This document shows positions 24,496 to 38,480 of a DNA stretch of 64,000 nucleotides, piece after piece. The DNA is from Eledone cirrhosa (Eukaryota). Location: assembly GCA_964016885.1 (NCBI GenBank), contig OZ024740.1, positions 374,728,001-374,792,000 of the forward strand, read 5' to 3'. Below the pieces are notes generated by a model. The model did no database searches. It had not been told where the DNA came from and saw only the letters and a program-made list of their open reading frames with translations. Positions within the stretch are counted from its first letter, which is position 1. Each line of letters opens with the position of its first letter. A program made the translations under genes and the position numbers.

Positions 24496-25774
24496 CTGTA
24501 TGCGGTTGGTGATATATATACACACACATACACGGGGCACATTTATTCAATACTGAAAAGTATTGCTCGCATTCATAGACCTCCACACAGACTATTGTCT
24601 TTGAAGACGCAGTTACTCTATCAATATTCTTTAATAACCGACCGTAATTTTTTGATTATCTTAGATCTAATTGCCATATCAGATAGTTTTGAAAACTCTT
24701 CTTAAAAACCGTACAAATAAACGACAAAACAAAATATCATATGCTTTGTATTCATATATATATATTAATTTTGTTGATAAAGTGAACCTCTTACCGACTT
24801 TAACAACTTTTACAATATTTCATTAATGACAATTTGCCAAGATATAATGTTAACATTTAAAATGTCACATGGAATAGAGATAAGCTCTCCGAATACGAAT
24901 ATATTGTGATATCAGTGAAATATAGATTTAATAATTTAAATATTTCTAAACATACATGAAATCATATGGATTTGAATTACTGATATTGAATTACTGATTT
25001 CAATTACTAATATTGTAACATACTTAAAATGATATGTATGGTATTGTTTTCACACCACTAACCCTTTGCTATGAGTAACGAAACCAGCCGTTAATCATTC
25101 GTATTGTCTATTTAGTGATTTTTTCTCATTTACTAAGTCTTTACATACAATAGTAAACATGTATATGTACGTGATCAGACAAAATAATATAATAGGTGAG
25201 ACTTTAATATATATTATTGGAATAGATTCATGTTGAGCAGCTTTAAACTGATATGTCTGAAGGAGCTGGAAGAGCAATTGGTACCTACATTCGGCAGCTG
25301 ATTTTGCTATGTAGCACATAATATATCTGCAGAGGAGAAAGTTAAATAGTATAGCGACGTTAATACACGTTCTGAATTGAAGCAGATTACACTTGTTATT
25401 TAAATACGAAATTAGCATTAAGACAGGTCTAAAAATTGTATATTCAAGATGTCGTTCATTATTAATATATTTACATTATCACATTCTATAAGTATTCACA
25501 GCAATATTACAACATGCTATATTTTAGATAAAGCAATTTTAGGTATTAATGCACCAAATAACTCTATTAGAAATTAAGGATGGTTGCGGGCTTTCATCTA
25601 TGTTTATGATATAAGCTTGGTGAAGGGTTTAATTAGCAAATATGGCTATATTCTGTAAAGCGAGCATAATTAGAATCACAATCAGGCGTCAGTAAATCAG
25701 ATATAATTACCGGCAACGATAACTATGCTTCAACTCCGCCAATGCAGGTAACATGTCTATGGCTTAACTGCATT

Positions 25775-25885
25775 AATTATGCCGAGGATAACGTTGCCCC
25801 TCATCCCTATGGGCTCGATAAAATAAAGCACCAGTAATGCACAGGATAATTGCTGGTCTTGTGCCAAAATTAGAAACGATTATTA
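25775..25885 (+). mobile_element. SINE core and tail fragment
   Basis: GCCGAGG..TCATCC..CGATAAAATAAAG..AATTGCTGGTCTTGTGCCAAAA. Confidence 0.75.
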
Positions 25886-27370
25886 TGCACGTTATAAAGG
25901 ATGAATATAGTCTTGAAACGAATGATTAAACTGATCGTCAATACAAAAAGCATATGGTCATAAAATGGATGCGTTTTCATGAAAATAAACTTTATCAGAT
26001 AGGAAATTTTAAAAATGCATATAAATGAACTAATCGTCAGTCATTAGAATAGATACAATTATATAATTCACGCTTTGAAAACCAAATGTAATGAATCTCT
26101 ATTCGCTGATAATCTAGAATCAACTGTTTTAACAAGCATCTTTTCGAATGGCTTTTTCAATGAACGAAGTAATAAATGTATAAAAATGGCCGATTGAACA
26201 CGCACATGCTTTTAACACAGAATGTGTAGAAAACAGCTATTTGTACACGGTGATGTAAATATTGTTGTACGAAAGTCAAATACGATAGATAAAATGGGCT
26301 GTGAAGTAGGAAAGATGTGGATCTCTGTGTGGATAAAACTTTAAAACGAGTAACTATATACTTAAATTAATTGTTTACGAATGTAAATAGACTAACAGTT
26401 ATGTCACTTGTTAATATTCCTGTTCTCTGCAAATGTACTACAAATATGCCACAAACGTAATCTTTATTTACTTATTATATAATGACATACTAAATGCTTA
26501 TGAAACAACCATTATATGAATAGAAAGAGAATCCAGCTTGTAATAATTAGTAATATAATGAAATCAACACTTTCAATGACAATTCCAGTTCTATTTAATA
26601 AAACGTCCCAGATAATCACGATTACGATTCCTATTTCGTAGAAGCAACATAAAGAAGTATTTTAAGAAATCATATTCTATGATCACCACAGGCTATGATA
26701 TCTAATACGTAATAAAACTCTAATATGGGTTAATAAAAGAAACATTGAACTCAGAATAAATGCATATTAAATTTGAACCACCATTAGATTTTCAGCAAAT
26801 ATTTAGGCTACGTCATTTTAAATCGTACTGTTGTGACATAAAACGACTATAAAGAATATGTCGCACTCTCGTAGCATATATTTTAAATCCATTATTCATG
26901 ACATAACATCTCTTTCTTTTTGTAATAGGAATGGAGAGTAAAAATAACATCCAAATTAAACGTTTATGCATCACGTCTGCCAAATCTAATTCTAGGGGCG
27001 CCAGGAGGACTTTTCATGGCAGGCAAATATCATATCCTGATGGGAAATCAAACATTTTTCAATACAAAAAATAAAAAAAATGGAATTAATGTTAAATTGC
27101 AGCCAGAAAGAAAATATTGCCTCAAGAATTTCAAGTAATTACAGCAAGATGACAGCTCATATTACTAAAACTAATCAGAAAGGAACAGGTTTATATCGTG
27201 CAACAAATATAGCCGTCAATGCTGCTTTATCGCTGAATCACCTCAATAGAAATTGGGTTTCATGTCATAAAAGTAAGTAATAGTTTTGTAAAACATCACA
27301 GCTTGTAATATATGCACGTGATATTAGATTAAGTGTTGAGTTTTCACTTGCCCGTACAACCTATAAGGAA

Positions 27371-27393
27371 CTACTACTACTACTACTACTACG

Positions 27394-27426
<33 letters not shown>

Positions 27427-27452
27427 ACTGCTGCTACGGCTGCTGCTGCTAC

Positions 27453-27507
<55 letters not shown>

Positions 27508-27520
27508 GCTGCTGCTACTG

Positions 27521-27574
<54 letters not shown>

Positions 27575-27706
27575 TTTCTATTGTTGCTGCTACTGCTGCT
27601 CCTGTTGCTACTACTACTACTACTACTACTACTACTGCTGCTACTGCTACTACTACTACTACTACTCCTACTGCTGCTCTGCTACTACTACTACTGCTAT
27701 TACTAT

Positions 27707-27741
<35 letters not shown>

Positions 27742-27760
27742 TCACCACCACTACTACTAC

Positions 27761-27795
<35 letters not shown>

Positions 27796-27812
27796 GTGCT
27801 ACTACAACAACA

Positions 27813-27886
<74 letters not shown>

Positions 27887-27911
27887 CACTACTACTACTA
27901 CTACTACTACT
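27371..27911. repeat. (CTA)n/(CTG)n trinucleotide tract (~540 bp)
   Basis: direct sequence. Confidence 0.95.
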
Positions 27912-29964
27912 TAAGCCAACAGTAGTAGTTTTGTTTTATCCATGTTTATGTTTGTGTCGTAGCTCACAAAGCGGGACAATTTAACGCCATAGACGCTATA
28001 CAAGATGATATTTCTACTCTTATATAAAATAATTCCAGCTTACAAACTCTAATCTGACATACCTAGTTTTGGGCACTTCTTGATCTGATCAAATTAATCT
28101 TCACTTACCCACTTCACAGTCCACAATCACACACACCAAAACAAGAAATGTATTATGAATCCCTCCTCCCAGAAGAAGAAGAAGAAGAAGAAGAAGAAGA
28201 ATTTAAGAGTGTGCAAGTGTTTAAAAGCCCCTAAGCTGTTTCTTGTCGAGACTTCATTTTCGCCTCTCCCATATCATGATATTTCAATGATTGTTCCTAA
28301 ATATTTTTTGCTTGGGGATATTATATTTTGTACACGTGTATTATATGTTTAGATACAGTTTGTTCTCAAAATATTTGGAATATTTGTGTAGGAGAGAGGT
28401 TAATAATTATTATAACTGCATTCTGTACGTAGAAACTTTAGAGCTTCAGGAAAAAGACATCAAAATGTCATTAAAACTTTTCAGACTGTCTCTATTATAA
28501 ATATGAATAGACAAACATTATAAATGCATAAATGACTAAAATTATTTTATAAAATGTGGAGATGCATGGATATTTCATGAATTATTATTAGTAGTAGTTA
28601 TCTAGAACTGTTTCTGTCAGTAATCTATTACCACATTTAAAACTATACATTGGGGTTTTCATCAATGAAGATATTATAAATTAATCGCTTATAAATAGTA
28701 AATTTCAACATTGGTTTCTTTATATTCGAGTCAGGAACGGTTTGCAAATAGAAATACTTCAAGGTATTAAAATTTATTCAGTTTCCTGTTTTATTCATAT
28801 TCTTCGATTATTTGACAAGAAACCTTCTACTCTGCCCTACCTATTTGATTTGTTTATTGTCATAACCAGTCTGTAGTTATAAAGTTTCCTCTCGAGAACT
28901 ACTGTTTCAAGTGACATCAACCGAAAAGTAAACCTAATTTTCATTTATGTTATCTTAAATTCTACGAAATGATTTGCTTTTAATAATAGAGAAGGCAGAC
29001 TGTAGATATATGAGAATAATTTCAAACATTGTCTTTGCTAAACGATGCAGTTTATGAAGTGTATAGAGCTTAAGCTGCGGCTCAAAAATATGTAACGGAA
29101 AATCATTATATGATGCATAATGGTGCTGGATAGTTTAACTTTTAATAATTATAATTCTGAGATGCTGGTATTTTAACCTGCGTTAAGCTAAGTTTCTTCT
29201 CTTAGAATATCTGATGTTAATAATTGAAACAACCATTGAAATGCTGAATACCTCCTCACATGCCCATCTCAAGTAGTTTTGTAACACTCTGATGACACAC
29301 ACAACCACAAACACACACATGTAGACATGTAGACACTACAAATGCCATGCATATTATTCTTACACATACCTGACGCACGCATGTATACTCAAATAAGATT
29401 AACAAGTATAAATAGCAAGGAACACATCGTGGATAGATGGAAAGACTCACATGATACCCCTTTTCATACATACACAACCTAGCACCGCAGATAGACGGGG
29501 ATGTTCAAGTACCGCTAACGGAAATCAAAAATCACCCAGGCAGGCATCATGGCAAGACGGACCCGAGCTATTGTTACGGCTTACTTTTATAAGAGGGAAA
29601 TTCTGAAGCGAAACCTACAGTTTACCCAATTACTTGTCACCATACTTAGACCTGTCATCAAATAATAATCACTAAGGATTTGTATACGATACTCGTGTTG
29701 TACAGGCACTATAATCAAATTATGTAAAGGTGTCTATTTGCGATCGTCTCTTCTGTTATTCTGTCTCTCCAAACCTTGCTGAACATGACTCTGAATTCTA
29801 GGCACCATAGAGACACTGGGTACATTGCTACTGCTATTGTGTAATCACACTTATTTGTACCCATGAAATAAAGCAACGTTCTTCAGCTAGAGACATGAAA
29901 TATAAGTGGGAGTAGTCACAGTTCACCAGACACCTATGTTGATGTGTCATACGCTGGGGTGCTG

Positions 29965-30050
29965 TCAGTTCCTTCGTGGAGGGAGTTCGTCTTGCTTGAT
30001 TGAAAGCTCAGGTCCGTGGTGATAGGAATTTGCAGGAGTGATTTGAGACA
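29965..30050 (-). CDS. Candidate terminal coding exon of a host gene
   Basis: pyrimidine tract and AG at 30051-30052; phase-1 reading (V)SQITPANSYHHGPELSIKQDELPPRRN*; lies in unique-looking, non-repetitive sequence. Confidence 0.3.
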
Positions 30051-30216
30051 CTTATTAATTGAGAAAGTGAAGTAATAAGCATTTATATCCGCTTAAAATT
30101 GATATTTTCTTTATTATGGTCAAATATGAGTTTTGCCACTTTGCGGACATGTTTGCAAGACTTATGAGTACCTATTATACAAAAGAAACATTCCAGAGTG
30201 GCAAACTCTAATGTAT

Positions 30217-30272
<56 letters not shown>

Positions 30273-31330
30273 GAATTCACAATAATCAAAGCTATGTTCA
30301 AAGCATTTATTTCCTTACAATTGTTTCATCGAAACCTAGGCTGGGTTCTTCGGAGTATTTTTCAATGTTTGCACATATAATTGACCTCCTTTCCGACGCA
30401 AGAGACATACAGATACATATATATATATTGATGTACAGTGGAGTGAAATATATTACACTATACTATTGTTGTACAGCAATACAAATTCAAGATCAAAATC
30501 AAAATCAAATTTAAAATAAAAATTAAAATTAAAATACATTCGGCAGATAACACGATAATGCAGGAGGATAGTTTGATAATCAGATCTAGTAGGTAGTGTA
30601 TGCTTTAGTTACAGATGGAGCATGCAAGTGTGTCTCATTTTTATACGATTATTGTGTGGCAAGGTGTTACATGTAATGCAAGCACTTTAAGCGGGTAAGC
30701 AAGGGTATTATGGTGGTTATAATGGTAGTGTATTTTTAGTATAGACTAAAACAAATGTGTGCAGAAAAAAAAAAAGAAAAAGAAAAAGAAAAAGAAGAAG
30801 CAAAAGAAAGTTATAGTGTTCGTATCCACCACCATTTTCACATTCAGAAAAAGTAAGATATAGTTTTTACTCCATCACATAAGTAACGATGATTCCGTAG
30901 TGAATGTTTGAAGCATTAAATTATGGTAGTGTATTGAGGCTCAGAGTAATTTAATCCATATTTATAGAATATGTTCTTTCTGTTGCGAGAATTTACAGTG
31001 GTTTATTACCCGGAAGTACGTGTGTAATTAAGGGGAGTTAATGCGTAAGGGGAGGTAACTAGCTGATTCTCATAACTAACATACATTATATGGTGCCTCA
31101 ATTGAGTCCCTTATATAAACGGTTATATATTTATATCTAGTTTTCAATTTTAGATACAGTCTACTCTATCTTAATGTACTAAAGGTATATATAGTAAGTT
31201 GATTACTCATTATTATATAGTGCTACAATTGAATTTCCCATACAAAGTACCATATCTTTATATCAATGTTCACTGTAAATACAGTCTACTCTCAAAACAC
31301 ATCAGATGACCTATTAGAATGTTGTCTTAC

Positions 31331-31360
31331 CTGGTAAGTTATGGAGCAGCGTATGGCTGT
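31331..31360 (-). CDS. Candidate 30-nt micro-exon
   Basis: tttggttttgtcatgcAG|ACAGCC...TTACCAG|GTAAGA; symmetric exon reading (D)SHTLLHNLP in phase 1. Confidence 0.35.
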
Positions 31361-31799
31361 CTGCATGACAAAACCAAATACATCTCTAGGGCAGACAAAT
31401 ACATCCCTCATTTACAATGTCATTAATTTATCCATCAAGTTATACTTGCATATATAATTCTTATATATTTCATATATAATTCATTGCAGCACCCTACATA
31501 TAAGTTAGACAGATCTCTTATGTTAATAAATTAATCCTATATATATCCAATGTTATACTACATACATTTAATTACAATTGCATATGCAATTCACTGCCGT
31601 ATCTAGTATTTAAAGTTTATATAGGCTGTATTATATCACTACATAATTATAGGTAATTGAAAGTAATTATATTAAAAGTAGGTGTTTATGGGTATATTTC
31701 TAGGGTATAAAGTAATAGATAGATGGAATGATTTGGGTCAAGATAGGGTGGATCAGAGTGTGTGGTGTTGTGGTGTAAGGCGTGCCCTTGAGGTGTGGT

Positions 31800-32280
31800 G
31801 TTAAAAGCGGCGATGGGTCCAAGTCTGACATTGTTAAATATTGGGTTTAAAGTTTTGGAAGGAGTGCTGGAAGCGGTGCTGGCACGATGCAAACACTCCG
31901 ATTTTTTATTAAGGAGGTTAAGGTTCGAGAATATTATAGTATGGGTCTCTAGTAGACAGAGGTTACAGCATGTATTAGGTGGTATGTACCATGCCGACTT
32001 ATATATCACTTCCCATTGAAGTGTATGAGATATATTTCTAGTTTTTAGATAGTGTATGTAGCTAGATAGTGAAGTGGAGTTGGCTAGACTGTGTTTTTTG
32101 AAAGAATGGAGGTGTCAATTGTATCTGGTTTCGAAGCAGTTTGAAGTAGAGCCTATATAGGTTTCAGAAGAGTTGCTAGTTCTGACGGTGCACTGAATAT
32201 GATGTCCTTGATTAAGCAGTTTTTATCTAAAGGGCAGGTTCTATTAGATCTACAGTCACAATTATTTTGCATGTTAACCT
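31800..32280 (-). mobile_element. PLE GIY-YIG fragment
   Basis: CPLDKNC, TYIGSTSNCFETRY, CNLCLLE, LLNKKSE. Confidence 0.75.
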
Positions 32281-32484
32281 GCCGGTAATTATGTTGTGTC
32301 AATCGATGATAAACATTGATTGGCAAATAAATTAACTATAGAGATATAAAAGATTGGGAAGCGACAACCAGCGAAACAGTGAGTGTATTCTGTTATTATA
32401 TCTGGCAATATTATTACAATATAACCCTCTCCAAGTATAACAATATTTGTTTCGACACACGATTTCATATCAATAACCATGTAA

Positions 32485-32520
<36 letters not shown>

Positions 32521-32529
<9 letters not shown>

Positions 32530-32940
32530 TAAAAGGAATTCCAACTTTGTTTGAATTACTCGTTTTATTTACAATCCTTTAACATTTATAATGGTATTAT
32601 AATGTAATAGTATGATAGAATATTAAATGTTAAGTGTTAATTGAACAAAGAACTTTCATGCTTTCGCAATTTTCAGGTTCATAATGTGTGGTGACAGTCA
32701 AGTTTGCAATTTTCACAGTTGAAAATTACAAACTTGACTGTCACCACACATTAAGAACCTGAAGATTGCGAAAGCATGAAAGTACTTGTTCAATTAACAC
32801 TTAACATTTAATATTCTATCATACTATTTCATTATAATACCATTATAAATGTTAAAGGATTGTAAATAAAACGACATAAATAAACGATTGTAAATAAAAC
32901 GACATAAATAGACAAAGTTGGAATTCCTTTTATTAATATA
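32521..32940. repeat. ~420-bp fold-back element with a minimal hammerhead
   Basis: arms ~32521-32716 and ~32720-32940 are near-perfect inverted copies; bounded by (TA)n. Confidence 0.85.
32755..32791 (+). ncRNA. Minimal type I hammerhead ribozyme motif
   Basis: GAAC-CTGAAGA-t TGC gaaa GCA t-GAA-AGTACT-T-GTTC: stem I GAAC/GTTC, palindromic stem III AGTACT, CUU cleavage triplet. Confidence 0.75.
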
Positions 32941-32970
32941 ATCTTCTATACACAATCATGCACACCCGTG

Positions 32971-33006
<36 letters not shown>

Positions 33007-33349
33007 TATATATATACATTCAATTATTTATTTATTTATATGCGCGTGTGTGTGTGTGTGTTTTTGTATGTGTATGTGTGTGTGTGTGTGTGTGTGTATG
33101 TGTGTGTGTGGGGGGGGGGGGTGCATGCGTACGTGGTGTGTATAAATATATACATATTAATGTATATGAAAAGTATTTGTTTGTTTTTCTATATATTTCA
33201 ATCTACTTTGGCAATTTAAAAACGAGATCTATTCGTAATGTAAGGTGTCATAAAGACTTAAACCTTAATTTACACGCATATTATTCATACACATCTATTC
33301 ACTTCTAGGTACATGATCCCCTTTTTCTACATATAGTTGTACGCAGAAT

Positions 33350-33565
33350 ATTTTCCGGCGCTCTACCGATACTGCCAATCCGCCGCTTTTGAATATGATA
33401 ACAATACAGTATCGGTAGAGGGTCGGACGCCATGCTTTCCAGCATAGAATTACGTCCCTTTATGGACTGAGTTCAAATCCTTATGGCGTCGATAAAATAA
33501 AGTACCAGTAATGCACTGGAAAATTGGTGGCCTTGTGCCAAAAGTAGAAACAATTATTATTCATA
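33350..33565 (+). mobile_element. SINE (plus strand, 33405-33565) with an inverted SINE head fragment (33350-33390)
   Basis: CAGTATCGGTAGAG..GAGTTCAAATCC..GTCGATAAAATAAAGTACCAG. Confidence 0.75.
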
Positions 33566-35175
33566 ACGCTCTTATTCTTGCAGATGCTATACCGATACTA
33601 TACCAGTCAAAGCCAATGGCCAATATTCCTTTCGATTATTCCTTCTCCTTCTTAAATTCCATGCTGTTCCTAGCAAGGCTGTTTTCTGCCACAATCCTGT
33701 CCTGATGGTAATACTTTGTTTCTCAAAACTTGCATCCAACCTTTTACTAACTGCTCCCAATGTGCCAACCACAATCGTTACTAGTTCTACGTGTCTAACT
33801 ATCCACAGTTTTCAGATTTCTCGATTTAGCTACTGTTCTCAGCTATCTTGCCTTCCTTTTTTAATGTAACATGTCGTTCCAAGGTGAAGCAATCCACCAT
33901 AGATGCCTTCCTTATTATTCCTTTCTACGACAAACATGTCAGGGTTTCTAGCCACGATAAACGGGTGGCACTGGATGCTCATGTTCCATAAGATCTTATA
34001 CTGTTCATTTTCAGCATACGTTTCCGGGGAGGTATTCATACCTTTCCTCTCTTCTTCTCATGTCATAACATTGACAGAATTTCCACTCATACTCTTTCTG
34101 AGCAAGCATCTTACTTTCACTAATAATTGTTTCTACATTTGGCACAAGGCCAGCAATTACCCAGTGCATTACTGGTACTTTATTTTATCGACCACCTAAG
34201 GATGAAAGGTAAAGTTAATATCGACGGGATTTGACGTCATACCATAAAGGGACGTAACTATGCTATTAAACATGGCGTCCAACCCACTACAGATACTGCC
34301 AAAATAATGTCGTTTGATGTCACACTTTTCTCACCACACAGCTTACAAAGTGTGGAATTCACTGACTTGAATTAGTTATAGTTCGTTCTCAGTGCCTGCA
34401 CCAGAGCTGCAAAAATAAGGGCCCCAGTTTCAACTTTAAGTTACTTTTCATTCCACTTCCTAATTTTGTCAACTATCTCGGGCCTTTCACGTACGACTTG
34501 ACCATTGATTTTTTTTTTCTATCTTGTATGAATACTCTCTTTCCCTTTCCTTCATCACAGTTTAGGACCTTTATCTTTCTTACTCCTGACATCAATCTCT
34601 CCTTCGAATTATTTACATACCATGTTGGATTATTTTTCTCTAATTCCACACACATTTTACCGCTCCTTTCTTGTGATAGATACAAACTCTCCACGCTATC
34701 TTTGGGGTATAGAGCCCATTGTAGTATCATCATTTATCGGCTTTTTATATCAAGCTACTGAAGTTCAGCACATTTTCATTCTATCACACCAGCGCTATAT
34801 CCTGGTACTTCAACAGTTCATACGTTGAGAGCCAGTATATTATTCTTACCACTATGTTGTTAACAGCAATTTCAGTTTCTCTTTATATTTGTCATAAGAG
34901 TTCTTTCGTTCCCTCTCTTTAATTTGGTGTGTTTCCAGGATACCTAGGTAATTATGCCCGTTGTCATCAAATTCATTCAATGCTTGTTCAACTGCTGATT
35001 CAATACCTTCTATCCTATTAATTCAACCTCTCTATTGTAGTAGCACCCAACTCTTTTTTATGCCAAATTCAATTCCTATATCCTTACAGAAAGTATGAAC
35101 TGTCTCTACAAGGGAATCAATATGTTCATTGAATTTCTCATAAAGTTTCCAGTCATCCATGTACAGCAGGTGGCG
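33566..35175 (-). mobile_element. R4/Dong-like LINE 3' fragment (RT plus restriction-like endonuclease), interrupted by a SINE
   Basis: HLLYMDD, IGIEFG, KILWN..ARNPD, VVGTLGAV, QKTALLGTA; ends in an AAT/TAA run. Confidence 0.75.
34120..34305 (-). mobile_element. SINE nested in the R4/Dong fragment
   Basis: reverse complement of the same SINE core. Confidence 0.8.
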
Positions 35176-35209
35176 TGTCGGATACCCTGCCTCGTGGCAT
35201 AACCTTAGG

Positions 35210-35380
35210 GCTCTTTACGTTCGGAGTTCAAATCCCACCAAATTTAACTTTGCAATTCATCCTTAAAATAAAGTACCAGTAACGATAATATAATTACAAG
35301 TGACGAGATGGGGTGGATTTAATCGACTCCCCCCACCCAAATTGCTGGCCTTGTAACTATAATAGAAATCATTTCTATTA
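35210..35380 (+). mobile_element. SINE
   Basis: GGAGTTCAAATCCC, AAATAAAGTACCAG, AATTGCTGGCCTTG. Confidence 0.7.
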
Positions 35381-35585
35381 TTATCAAATATCTCTTACAG
35401 ATATTAAAGCTGGCGGTGACAGAAGGAAGAGGGCTATATCTGTTGGGGGATCAACGTAAAAACATGCCGTAGTTAAACGGGCGAACCATCAATAATTATA
35501 TATATATATATAAATATTACTATATACATATACACACACACAACCACACATAGCTATATATCTATATCTCTCTATCTATGTATCT

Positions 35586-35667
<82 letters not shown>

Positions 35668-35672
<5 letters not shown>

Positions 35673-38480
35673 AGTAAATATCTTTAAGCCGTTTGGAAGC
35701 CTCGACAGTGCAAATGGGTAAATCTCCGGGTAACAAGATCCGGTGGTGGAGAGAGAGATGTAAGTGGGTGTACGTTGAGATGCGTGGTGTGTACAAGACG
35801 TGTAGAGAATGAAGGAAAGAGTATAAAGGATAAAATAAAAATAACAACACGAGAGAGAGTTACCTTGGGAGAGATTTAATTGTCCCTATATATTTCGGAT
35901 TCACATCCATCAACTGGGGTTTTTTCCGGGGTGGGGGAAAGGTTGTCTGTCGGAAAGGTGCGAAACGCGTCCTCCGCTGTTTGTTGTTTTGAATATCTGA
36001 AGTATTCAGCAGAGCGCGCGTGCGCATGATATGGGGTCGGTCGGGCAGAGGTCAGCGGCCGAATGTGGGAGTGGGGTGGCGATAGCTGTCAGTCCATTCT
36101 CTGCCTGTTTGTTAACTGTTACTGTGTGTGTGTGCGTGTGTTGTTGTCTCGCTTGAGTGTGTGTGTGCGTGTGTTTTTGCCTTGTTCCCCTGTATTGGCA
36201 GTGTAGTATGTTCGTATGGTGCAATGCTACTGTGTGTGTGTCCGTGTGCGTGTGTAGTTGTCTCGTTTATGTGTGTGTGTGTGCGTGTGTTGCTGCATCG
36301 TTTGTTAATTTAAACCAGCCATCTCATTTCGCTTCTCTCGGATCGATTGTCTATTTGCGATTGCAGGTATTTGATAAAAAGCGCTTCCTTGATACGTAAC
36401 GTGCCGACGTTTCTTTCAGTCGCTAGAATTGTGACAATGGGCCTTCCGTCTTTTTGTTTCCGCATTTGTCTATGTCTTTCCGGAAAGACGAGCCCCTGGT
36501 TTTAGTGTGTTCCTTGATCCGGATGTGCAAAGGTTGGATTGTGCTACCTATGTAGTATTGGTTGCACCTGTCACATTCTATCTCATACACGACGTATGTG
36601 CGTAGGCAACAGTCCGCATGGCGTATCGGGCAGTCTCTGAGGGAGCATGCGTCAGTAGATTTCCCGGATTTCCTGGAGAGGCATCTTCGCAGGGAGGGTC
36701 CCGAGTGGGCCAGGTGGATGTCGAGGCCCACGATCCGTATAGCCTTGCGGATAGCGTTGGTCGTATTCTCGCCCAGGTGTGGCATTTTAAGGAAACACTT
36801 GCCTTGGGTGCCTCTCTGTCTCTTGTGTCAGGTGTCTCCTATTCTGTCTGTGAGCGAGGTAGGGTACCCTTCGTCTCCAGCACCTCGAGGAATCGCTTGG
36901 TATGAGTGACACCACTCGCGGGATCGCTGCATCTGTTTTTGATTCGCGCGATCTTGTTCGTGATGTATCCTCTTTTGGCACTGTTAGGGAGGGTGGACTT
37001 GTAGTGAACGAACAGGTCCCTGCAGGCTGCCTTTCGGTAGAGTTGCAGTGGATCCTTCCCTGTTCCGTGATGTTAATTGGGAAGTCGAGGAGGGCAAGTT
37101 ACCGTCTTCGTTGGGGTATTCAACACTAAAGTCAATGTTCTCGTCTGTGTTGTTGAACGTCTCATAGATTCTGTTCGCCGTGTCTTGGGAAGATGTGAGG
37201 ATGAGGATATCATCCACGTACCTTGAGAAAAAGGCTACGGCGTTGGGGTGGCAGGCGTTGAGTGCCTTGCGCTCGAGGTTGTCCATGTAAGAGATCGCTA
37301 ACACACCTGGCAGGCTTGATCCCATGGGCAATCCCGAGGTTTGTTGGTATGTTTGGTTAAGGAATCCGAAGTAGGTGTTGTCGACGACGATGGATAGGAG
37401 TTGGTGAATATCAGTGGTGGTGAGCTCGAAGCAGTGTAGGTCGGTGGATTGGACACGTTCCATCAGTATATTGACGGCCGTGAGTGCCGGGACCGAGGTG
37501 AAGAGAACTACTACATCAAGGTTGAAGGTATATCTGTTATTCCTTCTGGTGTCGGGATCCATTTCATGCAGGCGCTTCAAGACCTCCTCGGAGCTGTTAA
37601 CGTGTCCCGGCAAGGTGTCTGAGATGGGTTTGAGTATTCTGGCTAGGAGCCATGACATTTTGTAGAGTGGTCCCTCCACGCTCGAATTGATGGGCCTGAT
37701 CTTCAGGTCGGGTCCCTGTTTGTGTGTTTTCACGAGGTGGTAGAAGGCGGGTAGTCTGCTGTTCCTCGTGAGGAGGTTGTATCTCAGCTTCTTCGGGAGC
37801 TTCCGCCGGTCGCAGATGTTGGTCCAGGCGGCGTTGATGTGCTCTTCCATCTGCGCGGGAATGATTCCCGTGACCTTGGAGTAGAGGTTGTCATCGTCAA
37901 GGTGTTGGAGGGCCAGGGTGTTGTAGGCCTCTCTGCTGATGACGCAGAATGATTTTCCCTTGTCGAAGGGGAGATAGACGAGGTTCTACAATTTTAGGTT
38001 GGAGAGAGTGGTGAGTTGAGATTTGGTGAGGTTATGTGTTGTGCGTGTGTTTGTGTTTGTGAAGTATATCCGAGATGGAGTGTTTTAGCCTGATGAGTTT
38101 AGTGTCGAGTTCGTGGTTGGTGGGCGGGGGGTGGAGTTGGTTGTCGGGTGGTAAGTGGGGAACATGGGGTGGGTTGCGTGTTAAAAAAAACCCAGTTGAT
38201 GGATGTGAATCCGAAATATATAGGGACATTTAAATCTCTCCCAAAGTAACTCTCTGTCGTGTTGTTTATTTTTATTTTATCCTTTATACTCTTTCCTTCA
38301 TTCTTCTACACGTCTTGTACACACCACGCATCTCAACGTACACCCACTTACATCTCTCTCTCCATCACCGGATCTTGTTACCCGGAGATTTACCCATTTG
38401 CATTGTCGAGGCTTCCAAACTACTTAAATATATTTACTTATTATTCCACAATGCTTCAAGCAAACTTCAATACTCTCTTA
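35668..38480 (-). mobile_element. 5'-truncated PLE flanked by inverted pseudo-LTRs
   Basis: RT FNLDVVVLFTSVP, GLPMGS, RYVDDI (36984-37850); GIY-YIG VVYEIECDRC..YIGST (36423-36785); 35668-35925 is the reverse complement of ~38185-38440. Confidence 0.9.
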
